37,863 bases of DNA from an uncultured virus (IMG/VR IMGVR_UViG_3300025122_005623). Lineage: Duplodnaviria; Heunggongvirae; Uroviricota; Caudoviricetes. Position 1 is the stretch's first letter; the number at the start of each line of letters is the position of its first letter. Shown piece after piece: positions 19,263-28,960 of this stretch. Below the pieces are notes generated by a model. The model worked only from the letters and a program-made list of their open reading frames with translations. It did not search any database and was not told the origin of the DNA. The translations under genes and the position numbers were made by a program. The stretch lies in the IMG/VR virus record IMGVR_UViG_3300025122_005623. One strand, written 5' to 3'.

Positions 19263-20256
19263 TTGTGATCCTTTCTAAAACATCCTGGTATACCTCGCGA
19301 AGGCCTGTTTCCAGAGGGGTGTTAGCTTCCCATCCTAAAACCCGTTTGGCCTTACTGCAGTCACACCACTGACACCAGATATGAGTTTTCTTGCTTGTAT
19401 CAAAGTCTATGCTAATGTTTTTTTCTGAAATGTCAATGATTTTTTCAGCTATTTCTTTAATAGAAATGCGCTCCTGTTTGCCAACATTGAGGGGGCCCAC
19501 GAGAGGCTCCTCAGACAGTTTTTCCACCATTAGGCGTGTACACCCTACGGCGTCATCTACAAAGCAATACGAGCGCTTCTCGGCCCCAGAACCCCATACG
19601 TTAAACGGCACTGCAGGGTATTTAGCAGCCCGATGGCTAAAAACGGGAAGGACGGAGCCACTCTCCAGTTGGTAGTCCAGGCCTTTGCCGTAAATTCCTA
19701 TATAGCGGGCAATCGCTGCGTTGAAAAAGTCATTTTCCTCAACAGCATTTAAAATTTGTATTTCAGCTATTAACTTTGCCCAGCCATAAGATAAAAGAGG
19801 GTGCGCCGGATAAGCCTGTTCTTCTTTGATCTTGGGCGCATTAATTTCGGTTTGCAGACCGAGCGGATACACGTGAGCAGAACTAGCGTAAAAATAATAA
19901 GGCACCTTGTTCACAAGGGCGGCATTCAAAACGTTTTTATCGATGGTCATGTTGACATCAAGGACATCATATTTTTTATTCAAATATACTCCAATACCTC
20001 CCACCTTTGAGGCCATGTGATATACAACATCGATCTCCTTAAAAAAGGATGCCAGATGACAAGGGCGTCTTAAGTCAAACCGGTATATCTCAACTTTATC
20101 AGCAACCGAGCTTAGGTTCTCTATGCGGCCGCGCTCAAAATTATCCACGACTACGATCTTTTTACATATTGGAAGCAACTCTTTTACTAGATGAGAACCA
20201 ATAAAGCCAGCCCCGCCAGTAATCAAAACAGATTTATCTTTCCAAAAACTTTTCAT
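19249..20256 (-). CDS. NAD-dependent epimerase, GDP-mannose 3,5-epimerase-like subgroup
   Basis: TGGAGFIGSHL, HMASKVGGIG, YASSAHVYP, YGWAK, VWGSGAEKRSY. Start moved to ATG 20256. Confidence 0.82.
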   Translation of the reverse strand: MKSFWKDKSVLITGGAGFIGSHLVKELLPICKKIVVVDNFERGRIENLSSVADKVEIYRFDLRRPCHLASFFKEIDVVYHMASKVGGIGVYLNKKYDVLDVNMTIDKNVLNAALVNKVPYYFYASSAHVYPLGLQTEINAPKIKEEQAYPAHPLLSYGWAKLIAEIQILNAVEENDFFNAAIARYIGIYGKGLDYQLESGSVLPVFSHRAAKYPAVPFNVWGSGAEKRSYCFVDDAVGCTRLMVEKLSEEPLVGPLNVGKQERISIKEIAEKIIDISEKNISIDFDTSKKTHIWCQWCDCSKAKRVLGWEANTPLETGLREVYQDVLERITNEST

Positions 20257-20257
20257 A

Positions 20258-21136
20258 TTATTCTTTCTCACAAACACCACGCCCCAAAGCTAACGTATTG
20301 ATAATAAAAGTCTCGCGAAGGTGCTTATACTTTTTATTATAATAAGCCCCATCTACGTCAACCCTCTGAAGAAGTTCAAAATCGTTGGCGAGCAGCAGCT
20401 CTTCTATATCTTTTTCTCGATTTGGAGCTTCGTATTCCTGGCCAGTACTCATCTCAACCTGCGGGAAAACTATTTTCTGCAGATATTCCTTGGCGCTTTT
20501 CAAAATGTCATAATCTTTTCCCTGTGTGTCTATTTTGACACAATCAATATACGGAATTCTATCCCACGGAAGTAACGACAAAAAGTCATAAAAACTTATG
20601 ACGGGGACATCTACTACGTTACGAAGCGCAAAGAAGCACGGTTTATAAAGACTTGAGCACCCGGGATCATCCCGTGTCATAAAAAACTTCTGATAGCATG
20701 GGCTATCAACATCGTCCAAGGCGCATGTCAATAATTCAAATCTTTCCTCATAAGGCAACAGATCTTCTTCTCGGACCCAACACTCCTGATCGTTTTCTTG
20801 GGCGCGCCGCTTTTCCCCTGTGGGTATTATAACGGATTTAGCGTCTATCCACACAGCCGGGTCATCATTGCCATGGCATGCGCCGGCCTTTAAAGCCGCT
20901 ATACATTGTGGATTCGGCTCGAATCCAAATATCATTGTATCATCTTGTTCCTTAAGCCATAACGCTGAATTGGGAGCACTATAGGACAAGCCAATATCTA
21001 TTTTCAAGCTCTTTAGGTGAGCAGGAATATTAATTTTACCACTTTTGTTCAACAACCTTAAAAGACCAGCTCTTTCTAAGATCTCTCTTTTCTTTTGTAA
21101 GGTGGCCGCCGTCAACGGCAGCTGATTATTTTTCAT
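20258..21136 (-). CDS. FkbM-like methyltransferase
   Basis: KIDIG...FGFEPNP, GCSSLY, IDCVKIDTQGKDYDILKS. Confidence 0.72.
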   Translation of the reverse strand: MKNNQLPLTAATLQKKREILERAGLLRLLNKSGKINIPAHLKSLKIDIGLSYSAPNSALWLKEQDDTMIFGFEPNPQCIAALKAGACHGNDDPAVWIDAKSVIIPTGEKRRAQENDQECWVREEDLLPYEERFELLTCALDDVDSPCYQKFFMTRDDPGCSSLYKPCFFALRNVVDVPVISFYDFLSLLPWDRIPYIDCVKIDTQGKDYDILKSAKEYLQKIVFPQVEMSTGQEYEAPNREKDIEELLLANDFELLQRVDVDGAYYNKKYKHLRETFIINTLALGRGVCEKE

Positions 21137-21155
21137 TATTAGCCTCTCCGATTCC

Positions 21156-21923
21156 TTATGTGGTTATAAAATCGCCCGAACGTATCTTTTCAAACTTCGT
21201 ATATCCCAAGCTCTTAAGCAAATCAAAAACGTCTTCCGGTTCATGGTCAAACTGCGCTATAGCCTGCTTGGTACACTCAAATAAAATGATCGGCCGATGC
21301 TTCGTTATTGTCTCGATAGCGCCCTGCAGTACATAAAGCTCAGCTCCCTCTGTATCAATCTTTATAGCGTCTAGCCGCGGTATCTTGTGAGTATTTATAA
21401 AGTTATCAATAGTATCACAATTAATTTCTATTTCCTTAAACTCTCCATTGGCGCGGGCCGGTGTCTTACAAAATAAGTCCCGAACAACTTCTGTGTGGGT
21501 ACCCATTGTTCCAAGCCCGCTGTCGGTGGGGTTAAGAGGGACGCGCATTAAAGTTGTTTCTTTTTTATGCCACATTGCCATCTTGTACGGGAACACGACG
21601 TTGTGAAGATCATTGAGTGTTATATTTTCCTCAAGAATTGAAAACACATCCGGATTGGGCTCGAAAGCCGCGCAAATTAGCCGGTCGTCTAAGGCCGGAA
21701 GCAAACAGTAGCTTCCCGCATTGGCCCCAACATCCATAAAGAAACATATTTTTGTCCCTCTTCTCTGTCGTCGGACCTTCATGTGAGAAGCAAACTCATA
21801 TATCTGACGCTTATCGTATGCTTGACCCTTACGATAAGCTCCCCAATATTTATCAATTTGGGCAGACACCCGTACCTCGCCGCCGGCGGGAAAAATGTTT
21901 ACCGTATAACTCTCTTTTGCCAT
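21156..21923 (-). CDS. FkbM-family methyltransferase
   Basis: DVGANAG, AFEPNP, IKIDTEGAELYVLQGA, PIILFE. Confidence 0.9.
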   Translation of the reverse strand: MAKESYTVNIFPAGGEVRVSAQIDKYWGAYRKGQAYDKRQIYEFASHMKVRRQRRGTKICFFMDVGANAGSYCLLPALDDRLICAAFEPNPDVFSILEENITLNDLHNVVFPYKMAMWHKKETTLMRVPLNPTDSGLGTMGTHTEVVRDLFCKTPARANGEFKEIEINCDTIDNFINTHKIPRLDAIKIDTEGAELYVLQGAIETITKHRPIILFECTKQAIAQFDHEPEDVFDLLKSLGYTKFEKIRSGDFITT

Positions 21924-22858
21924 TCTCTATACCATTTAATAGTTCTTCTTATTCCATCTTCCACACTAGTACGGGGAACATATCCAACTGCTTTTTCAAA
22001 CCTGGACATATCATAAAACCTTCGGGGTTGTCCATCTGGTTTTGTGGTGTCCCACACTATTTCGCCATCAAAGCCTGTGAGGTTCCCAATCGTCTCTACT
22101 AACTCTCTAATCGTGGTTTCCGTTCCGGTTCCCAGATTAAATGGTCCTGTCTCATTAACTTTTTCAGCGATATCCATAATAGCTTGTGCAGTATCTACCG
22201 AATATAAAAATTCTCTAGACGCGGTGCCCGTTCCCCACACTACAACATGAGAATCGTTACGGTCTTTAGCTTCTAGAAACTTACGAATCAAAGCCGGGAC
22301 CACATGTGAAGTCTCCAAATCAAAATTGTCATGAGGGCCATAAAGATTGGCTGGTAATAGAATCACTGAATTAAATCCATATTGCTCACGATAAGTCCAT
22401 GATTGAATAATGAGATTCTTCTTTGCCATAGAATACCCAATTGAGTTCTCGTCGGGCAGATCTTTCCAAAAATCTTCTTCCGTATATGGCACCGGCAATA
22501 GCTTGGGGTATCCGCAGCCGGCCGCTAGTGCCACCACTTTCTCCGCCCCATACAGGTGGGCATAATGCATTACCAGTGTTCCCATCATAATGTTCTGATA
22601 AAAGAATTCTCCAGGGCGCGCCTTGTTGGCGCCAATTCCCCCTACCTTTCCAGCCAAATGTAGCACTATATGCGGCCTAGTCCTTTCGAAATAACTCTTC
22701 ACTTCTTCCTGAGAGGTGAGATCGCACTCTGCACGTGTAGGGGTGAGGAGAGTGATGCCTTCCTCCTGTATCTTTTTTTCAAGTAGGCTAACTAAATTTT
22801 TGCCCACAAACCCGTGGGCGCCCGTAATTAAAACTTTTTTCCCGGTCCAAAATGACAT
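21899..22858 (-). CDS. fcl: GDP-L-fucose synthase-like epimerase/reductase
   Basis: HLAGKVGGIGAN, YSMAK, PANLYGPHDNF, SHVVPALIRKF, WGTGTASREFL, KPDGQPR. Confidence 0.88.
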   Translation of the reverse strand: MSFWTGKKVLITGAHGFVGKNLVSLLEKKIQEEGITLLTPTRAECDLTSQEEVKSYFERTRPHIVLHLAGKVGGIGANKARPGEFFYQNIMMGTLVMHYAHLYGAEKVVALAAGCGYPKLLPVPYTEEDFWKDLPDENSIGYSMAKKNLIIQSWTYREQYGFNSVILLPANLYGPHDNFDLETSHVVPALIRKFLEAKDRNDSHVVVWGTGTASREFLYSVDTAQAIMDIAEKVNETGPFNLGTGTETTIRELVETIGNLTGFDGEIVWDTTKPDGQPRRFYDMSRFEKAVGYVPRTSVEDGIRRTIKWYREWQKRVIR

Positions 22859-22861
22859 TTC

Positions 22862-23845
22862 TTATCTCCTTGTCTCTCTGATCATTCGAGCCAACAATGC
22901 TTCTGTAGTATAGTTATTGAACGCTTTGTTGTATGCATTTTCTAAAATAGATTGGTAGTCGTCCCAATTATTAGTGATGTCTGCAATTAAATCTGGAAGT
23001 TCCTCTACGGAATCAAAATAAATAAAATCTTTATCCGGTTCATACCAATATTCAATTGCATTCCACGGGTCTCTCTTAACCAGCATTAGCATTTTAAACA
23101 AAGCTGCTTCCGTAATTCGTGGCTTAAGTTGGGGCGCCATCTTTTGTTCTAGATGTGAAAATGCCTTATTCTCTTGCCAGTGATCATATGATTTAATATG
23201 CGCGATATGTTTATCATGCAGATACAGCTGATTAAAAATCGGCACTATTTTAGTTTGACTTAAAATTTGCCACTTCTGGAAAGTGTGGATGTTGGTGTCT
23301 GTTATTTTATCGGCGATCGAGGCAATATTGTCTACCTTTTCGTTCGGATACCAATGCTCTCTTCCTAGCGTTATAAATTTATAATTAAATTTGCTTATAG
23401 CCTCAATTGTGTCAGCGTGTTCGTTGCTACAAATTGATCCGTAAAAAATTGCATCGTACTTCTTTTCTGTTGAGTGAACAATATTTTTTTCCTTAATGGG
23501 AAAGAGCGCCCTTTTGAATTTTCCCTCGGTGTTATAAAGTTTGTTAGCCCAATCAGCAGTATAGGGGCAAATAGTATAAATGTCAGTAAAAAGGTTGTCC
23601 ACGTCAGCGCTTCGCAGCCCAAATCGCTTTTCTTGGCTATAAGCACACGGCTGCTCCCCATTAAAAAAGATTTTTACCTCGTGGTCTTTAATGTGGTCTA
23701 GTACTGTTTGATTCCACATGCAATTATATCCAATACATAAAACACTATTATCAATCTCCTCATAATTTTTCATTAACTCTTCAAACCCAAAATAGGTCAC
23801 AATACAATCGGGATAATTGCCATTTAAATCTTTTATCATCTTCAT
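22862..23845 (-). CDS. Putative GT-B glycosyltransferase-like protein
   Basis: C-terminal KPRITEAA...DFIYF...ENAYNKAFNNYT resembles the Glyco_trans_1_2/CgeB domain. Start moved to ATG 23845 (ATGA overlap). Confidence 0.55.
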   Translation of the reverse strand: MKMIKDLNGNYPDCIVTYFGFEELMKNYEEIDNSVLCIGYNCMWNQTVLDHIKDHEVKIFFNGEQPCAYSQEKRFGLRSADVDNLFTDIYTICPYTADWANKLYNTEGKFKRALFPIKEKNIVHSTEKKYDAIFYGSICSNEHADTIEAISKFNYKFITLGREHWYPNEKVDNIASIADKITDTNIHTFQKWQILSQTKIVPIFNQLYLHDKHIAHIKSYDHWQENKAFSHLEQKMAPQLKPRITEAALFKMLMLVKRDPWNAIEYWYEPDKDFIYFDSVEELPDLIADITNNWDDYQSILENAYNKAFNNYTTEALLARMIRETRR

Positions 23846-24540
23846 CTTACAAAAAACATTCCATAATTTACGCGCCGGTCGGCCTGACAAACGCTAGTTA
23901 GCAGCTCTTTTGAGAGTTCCTCCCATGAATAATAGTTTTTAGGAAATGTCATATACGCATCCCCTCTCTCGTCATAGGTCGCCTTATCAAAGACGTCGCC
24001 TTCGTCAAAATAACCACTAACTCCAAACATTGCATATCCGACCCCTTGGAGGTGTTCCACGCATTTTATCAACTCTTCTACGCTTTCTTCGTGCCATTCA
24101 AAGCATATCTGCTTTTGTTTTTCTTTTAGGCCGCTCAATGCTTCGTATTCATATCCCTCGACATCAATTTTAATAAGGTCCGGAGAACCGTGATTTTTTA
24201 TCAAGGTATCTAAAGAAATTGTCTCTATCTTAATGGGGGCCCCCCAAGTCGCCGAGTTGGGTCGAAGGTTTTTGCTGCCCATCGTAAATCGAGAATTTTC
24301 CATAAACTTCTTGGATGCCGTAGAAATGCCGTCTTGGGCATGCTCAATATAAAAATCAACGTAATCTTCGTCGTCTTGTCCTACCAGGTTGTTTAAAAAC
24401 GTAACGCGCTCCTTGTCTTTATAAAAAGCCCTAAAGTTCGGATTGGCATCAATCGCCACCACGCGTACGTCCTTGTGCTTTTGTAAGCACTTGTCAGTAA
24501 ACTCACCGCGGTTGCACCCTATATCAAAAATTAATTTCAT
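23842..24540 (-). CDS. FkbM-family methyltransferase
   Basis: IFDIGCNRG, IDANP, SLDTLI, PDLIKIDVEGYE. Start moved to ATG 24540 (ATGA overlap). Confidence 0.88.
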   Translation of the reverse strand: MKLIFDIGCNRGEFTDKCLQKHKDVRVVAIDANPNFRAFYKDKERVTFLNNLVGQDDEDYVDFYIEHAQDGISTASKKFMENSRFTMGSKNLRPNSATWGAPIKIETISLDTLIKNHGSPDLIKIDVEGYEYEALSGLKEKQKQICFEWHEESVEELIKCVEHLQGVGYAMFGVSGYFDEGDVFDKATYDERGDAYMTFPKNYYSWEELSKELLTSVCQADRRVNYGMFFVR

Positions 24541-25427
24541 AACTTTTCCCATTCGGGAGGATAAAACCCGTCCCTATAATCAATGGTGTTTTGAGATGGA
24601 TCATATTTTCTAGGCGCTGCTACTGTTTTACCCGGGCTTGGATTCAAGTAAGCCGCCCACCATCCAAAACTACTCACTGGAGATATTATATTATGATCGC
24701 ACGACATAATTAAGCAAAAATCGCCGAAAGCGTCGACTTCGTCGGAAAAAACATATTGATCTCCAACAAAAGTTCTTTTACACCACTCCATATCTTTGTG
24801 ATTAGAATTCCCCTCAGAACGAGATCCTCCTGTAAAAACTAAAAATTTTGCTTTTCGATGACGAAATTTTACCATTGCAGCTGCAAAAAACCGACCATAA
24901 GGACTGCTCAGGTCAAACTCGTTATTCGCACCATACATGTTGTTTAAGGGCCCACTGGGATTGGAGCCGTCAGTGTTATCTCCTCTACGCAGATGAAGGC
25001 TAATAATTTCATGGCCCAAGTGTTGCGCTTTAAGCTCACCTATGGTTTCTTGTGCTTTTTCCATATATTCCGACTTTGGAGTAAGTTCTCTTTTTATTTG
25101 TTCCTTGCAGTGCTCAAAATAACAAGTGCTTTGAAAAAAACCATACAAATCTGTATTGGAGGGGACTCTAAACACATCGTCATTAAATGCCATATAGTTT
25201 GGTTCCCGATATTGATACTGAATTTTCTTATAGTCTTCTTCGTCCAAATACTCACACTCTAGACTGAGTCTGTCTAAAAAACAATCCTGGCCGTGCCATT
25301 TTTTTGTGGCAGGATCTGGGATTTTTAGAGGAAGGTCAGTCATGGAAGCCACTCCTCGCAGCGCCGCGTATTGAAAAAGTTGGTTACCCAATCGCCCCAG
25401 CGCGCCCAGCTGGGTAAATGTAATCAT
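24537..25427 (-). CDS. GT11 alpha-1,2-fucosyltransferase-family protein
   Basis: GRLGNQLFQYA, GFFQS, HLRRGD, SSFGWWAAYL. Confidence 0.92.
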   Translation of the reverse strand: MITFTQLGALGRLGNQLFQYAALRGVASMTDLPLKIPDPATKKWHGQDCFLDRLSLECEYLDEEDYKKIQYQYREPNYMAFNDDVFRVPSNTDLYGFFQSTCYFEHCKEQIKRELTPKSEYMEKAQETIGELKAQHLGHEIISLHLRRGDNTDGSNPSGPLNNMYGANNEFDLSSPYGRFFAAAMVKFRHRKAKFLVFTGGSRSEGNSNHKDMEWCKRTFVGDQYVFSDEVDAFGDFCLIMSCDHNIISPVSSFGWWAAYLNPSPGKTVAAPRKYDPSQNTIDYRDGFYPPEWEKL

Positions 25428-26044
25428 CTTATCTCAATATCTTTAAATAATTCAAACTCACTTAAATCACGATAAGGGGGCTCCTCGGAAAGATCGGGGA
25501 CATGCTTGGGGTAATTTTGCATTAGCATCAATCCGCGGACTGCTTGCTCCGGCGTCATATACATATTCCAGCCTCCCTCTTCGATATCATCCTCGTGATA
25601 AGGGGTGCCTGCGCTGCGGCCTTCGTATCGGCGCGCCTTAAACCACTCGGCAGCTGGCTCATTATCACACAATATCATTCCCCCTTTTCCAATCTTAAGG
25701 TGCTTTTTGATATGAAAGGAAAGACACATATAAGAACCTGGAATGTACATATTTGAAGTCAGTCTCTTGGCCGCATCATAAATTGGGAAGGGCTTAAGTT
25801 GATAAATTCCTTGCCAAGGCCGGTCTTCAAAAACTAGTTTTCCCCCCGCCTGCATAATAGACTGAGGAGGGGATAAATAAGTTCTCTTAGGAGTGATCAC
25901 TTCTTTGTTCTCTACTCCAACCCACTTGCATGCCAAGAAGAGAGCGTTTGTGCAACTATTCACGGAAACCGCATAAGGCGCGCCAGTGTAATGCGCTATC
26001 TCTTCCTCAAACATTTGAACGACTTTGTAGGGGTTATGAAGCAT
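25424..26044 (-). CDS. Short DegT/DnrJ/EryC1/StrS PLP-dependent aminotransferase
   Basis: FEEEIA, AVSVNSCTNAL, YDAA, SFHIKKHLKIGKGGMI (PLP lysine), GWNMYM; only 206 aa. Confidence 0.85.
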   Translation of the reverse strand: MLHNPYKVVQMFEEEIAHYTGAPYAVSVNSCTNALFLACKWVGVENKEVITPKRTYLSPPQSIMQAGGKLVFEDRPWQGIYQLKPFPIYDAAKRLTSNMYIPGSYMCLSFHIKKHLKIGKGGMILCDNEPAAEWFKARRYEGRSAGTPYHEDDIEEGGWNMYMTPEQAVRGLMLMQNYPKHVPDLSEEPPYRDLSEFELFKDIEIR

Positions 26045-26805
26045 TAAATTTTAAACCCCTGAAGTTCTGGAAGATTAAAAACGCGAGGGAGCGCTAAATG
26101 GGTGGAAAGAAAGCGTTTATTAAAGAAAAGGGCATCGGCGCCATCGGCGGCTGATAAATGAAAATTATTACGTTTCATATACTCAAATAATTCGTCGTGG
26201 GGCGGAGCTCCTTCGTACATCTGGCCAACATTGTATTCACACTTCAAGGCCACCACACGACTTAAATAACCACCGAGACTTTTAACAACATCTAAATCTT
26301 TTCCTTGTGTATCGGTTTTTACAAAATTTATTATTTCAACATCTTGAAGCTCCAGGGTGTCTAAAATATATTCTAAAGAATACACGTCGACTTCTATTTC
26401 CTTCTCTACGGGGATTTTAAGTTCTTCGGTTGGCTTTAACAAACTGGAGCATCCCGTGTTGATATCCGAGGTGCAGTAAAACTTTCTTTTTTGAGGGGTG
26501 TCTCCCACATTGTCTATGGCTCCCTCAACTAGTAGAAACTGCGACTCCTCGTACTCTCTTGCCACGTTACCGTTTACCCTTACCGCCTTATCATCTAGCA
26601 CTAAATATGGAAACGGCGCATGCTCCCGGCCAGTTCTTAAAGTAGAAATGTTTTCCGGATGTGGCTCAACCCCAATCACAAAAACATCCGCCTCTGTTAA
26701 AAGCCAAGTAGCCGCGTGAGGACCATCTATAGATACTCCGACGTCAATTTTAATATTCTTTCTATTTTTAAGACCTTTTATAAAACTATCATCGATCTCT
26801 ATCAT
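26044..26805 (-). CDS. FkbM-like methyltransferase
   Basis: KIDVG, GVEPHP, GCSSLLKP, FVKTDTQGKDLDVVKS, ALKCE. Confidence 0.72.
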   Translation of the reverse strand: MIEIDDSFIKGLKNRKNIKIDVGVSIDGPHAATWLLTEADVFVIGVEPHPENISTLRTGREHAPFPYLVLDDKAVRVNGNVAREYEESQFLLVEGAIDNVGDTPQKRKFYCTSDINTGCSSLLKPTEELKIPVEKEIEVDVYSLEYILDTLELQDVEIINFVKTDTQGKDLDVVKSLGGYLSRVVALKCEYNVGQMYEGAPPHDELFEYMKRNNFHLSAADGADALFFNKRFLSTHLALPRVFNLPELQGFKI

Positions 26806-27224
26806 GTTGGTTTCTCCAAAATATAATACTTCTTCTTAAAACCCACTGATTCGAACAAGCCCACCGATGCTTTATTTTCTATCTTTACTTTGGCCACGCT
26901 GTCGGGATATAATTTCATTAATTCATTAATCATAAATTTTCCTACACCCTTTTTTTGAAAATCGGGGTGGGTAGCAACTCGTATATCATTTTCTATTGCT
27001 CCTACAAATCCCGCCGGAACTTTATTTACTAAACAAATATAGTACATTGTACCATACTTTTGCATAAACTTTGCGTGAGATTCTGGAGTTACCTCTTCTT
27101 GCTCAATAAACCCTTGCTTCACTTGTTGGTGGTTTCGCAAATCTCTCACGAACTCCCAATACTTTTCTTCGTTTTTTACCAATTCAATCGTCACAAGATC
27201 TCCACAAATCAGATGTTGGGGCAT
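26802..27224 (-). CDS. GNAT N-acetyltransferase (PseH-like)
   Basis: HPDFQKKGVG acetyl-CoA motif A; NKASVGLFESVGF motif B. Confidence 0.88.
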   Translation of the reverse strand: MPQHLICGDLVTIELVKNEEKYWEFVRDLRNHQQVKQGFIEQEEVTPESHAKFMQKYGTMYYICLVNKVPAGFVGAIENDIRVATHPDFQKKGVGKFMINELMKLYPDSVAKVKIENKASVGLFESVGFKKKYYILEKPT

Positions 27225-27963
27225 TCTGCCAATATCCCCTCAGATAATCCCTTTCTAGAGAAAGCCCCAACTGTTTATGAAGTGTTGTACCAATATCGAT
27301 ATACGTATTATTGTCATGGTCTTTAAACAGTTCATAAATAAGGACTTCGCTTAAACTGCTAGCCGCAAAAAGAAATACATGATCACGGATATTATCATTT
27401 TTAATCCACGATTTGATTTCATCTATTAGATGATGATCGTTGACAATACAGTTTTTACCTACCCTAAAATCTTTTACTATTTCAAGACCTGTATGCGTGA
27501 GGTCTGCATTTTCACTACACACCAATACAATTTTTTTCTTTTTTAATTCTTTATACAGGTACCCGATAAATATTGGATAGTTTGAATTTACCAATAAATT
27601 CGCGTATGTATAGTTGGCATCTAACTCGCCATATTTTTCATGCATCCACAAAGCATATTCTTGTGACGCACAGTCGCAATTCCGGCATATCCCGCCAACA
27701 AAATAGTTATCTTTTTTAAAAGTGTAAGCTTCAACTAGCTTGTCTTTTAAAAACCCATGTTCTGCTGGATCAAAATGTTTGTGGTCATCCGACGAATAAC
27801 CAAAGTTGTGAATTGTTTCTCCGGTCTTGACATAATCACTTCGCAAAACCAATTCCTTGTTTTGCATGATTAATATTTCGCCGTCCGAAAATCGAGTGAA
27901 AGCAAAGTTGTCTCCTTTTCGTAGTTTTCCTAAAAAACGAAAGATGTCGCTCTTAAATTTCAT
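27184..27963 (-). CDS. Putative GT-D fold (DUF1792-like) glycosyltransferase
   Basis: FAFTRFSDGE and C-terminal YIDIGT motifs. Start moved to ATG 27963 to avoid a long overlap with wecB. Confidence 0.6.
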   Translation of the reverse strand: MKFKSDIFRFLGKLRKGDNFAFTRFSDGEILIMQNKELVLRSDYVKTGETIHNFGYSSDDHKHFDPAEHGFLKDKLVEAYTFKKDNYFVGGICRNCDCASQEYALWMHEKYGELDANYTYANLLVNSNYPIFIGYLYKELKKKKIVLVCSENADLTHTGLEIVKDFRVGKNCIVNDHHLIDEIKSWIKNDNIRDHVFLFAASSLSEVLIYELFKDHDNNTYIDIGTTLHKQLGLSLERDYLRGYWQNAPTSDLWRSCDD

Positions 27964-28960
27964 CGCGTAGGGTCTCCAAAATGTAGCGAGACGCGTTGCC
28001 ATCTCCATAAGGGCATTCCTCATTGTCGCCTGGTACGTGATTGTTATCACTATTAAACCAATCGAATTGTTCTTCAAGCTCCTCTGGATAAGGACACAAC
28101 GCTGCAAAAGTTCCCATTCCCTCGACGCGCTCAGTTATTTTCCGACATACAATGCATTTTTTTCGTAAAAAAGATGCTTCTTCTTGAATGCCGCCACTAT
28201 CAGTAATTATAAAACGGCAGCTGGCGATCATACGAATAAATTCATTATGCCCAACAGGATCTATTACCTTTACTGCTTGTAAAAGGTGTTTGTATTGTTG
28301 AACATTGGGATTTGGATGCAAAGGAATTATAAACTCATACTCCGGATATCGCTTGGCTAGCCTTTCTAGCGCTGAAAACCATTTGTCCATCGATGCGTGG
28401 TTTTCGCGGCGATGCAGAGTAACTAAGATAGTATTTCCATAAGTGCTCTCTATATCTTTGAGATTATCTAAGACAGTATTGCCCACCAAATGCACTTTAC
28501 CTCCCAAGTGTTCTTTCTTTAAATTAGAGACCGATACGTCTGTAGGGCATAGATGAATATCTGTAAGCCTGGATATGGCCTGGCGATTGAACTCTTCAGG
28601 ATATGGATTTCTTAAATCACCCGTGCGCAGGCCGGCTTCAAGATGAATAATCTTTAATTTTCTATGAAAGGCCGCCAGTGCTACCGCGAAGGCCGAAGTG
28701 GTATCCCCTTGAACCATCACAGAGGTAATATTATTAAAAACATGACCAGTATTCATTATTGATTCTACAATAGAGTCTAGTCGGTTTTCTCCATCTTTGA
28801 TTTCTAATTGTCGCACATCCGTGGTGTTAACAACATCTTTTAATAAGCTTGTGTGCTGGCCCGTAAAAAGTAGAGCGTACGGAATTTTGCCCTCAAACGT
28901 TTTTAAAAGAGGTCTAATTTTAATATACTCTGGTCTCGTGCCAAATGATATAAGCAGCAT
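27953..28960 (-). CDS. wecB: UDP-N-acetylglucosamine 2-epimerase (non-hydrolysing)
   Basis: GTRPE, TGQH, VQGDT, HLEAGLR, PEEFNR, TLHRREN, TDSGGIQEEA. Confidence 0.95.
   Translation of the reverse strand: MLLISFGTRPEYIKIRPLLKTFEGKIPYALLFTGQHTSLLKDVVNTTDVRQLEIKDGENRLDSIVESIMNTGHVFNNITSVMVQGDTTSAFAVALAAFHRKLKIIHLEAGLRTGDLRNPYPEEFNRQAISRLTDIHLCPTDVSVSNLKKEHLGGKVHLVGNTVLDNLKDIESTYGNTILVTLHRRENHASMDKWFSALERLAKRYPEYEFIIPLHPNPNVQQYKHLLQAVKVIDPVGHNEFIRMIASCRFIITDSGGIQEEASFLRKKCIVCRKITERVEGMGTFAALCPYPEELEEQFDWFNSDNNHVPGDNEECPYGDGNASRYILETLRDEI

Noticed and set aside
27964..28107. Extended N-termini given by the ORF track (also 34543-34638, 23846-23890, 20257-20280)
   Set aside because: They create long overlaps with upstream genes; internal ATGs give typical short coupling overlaps.
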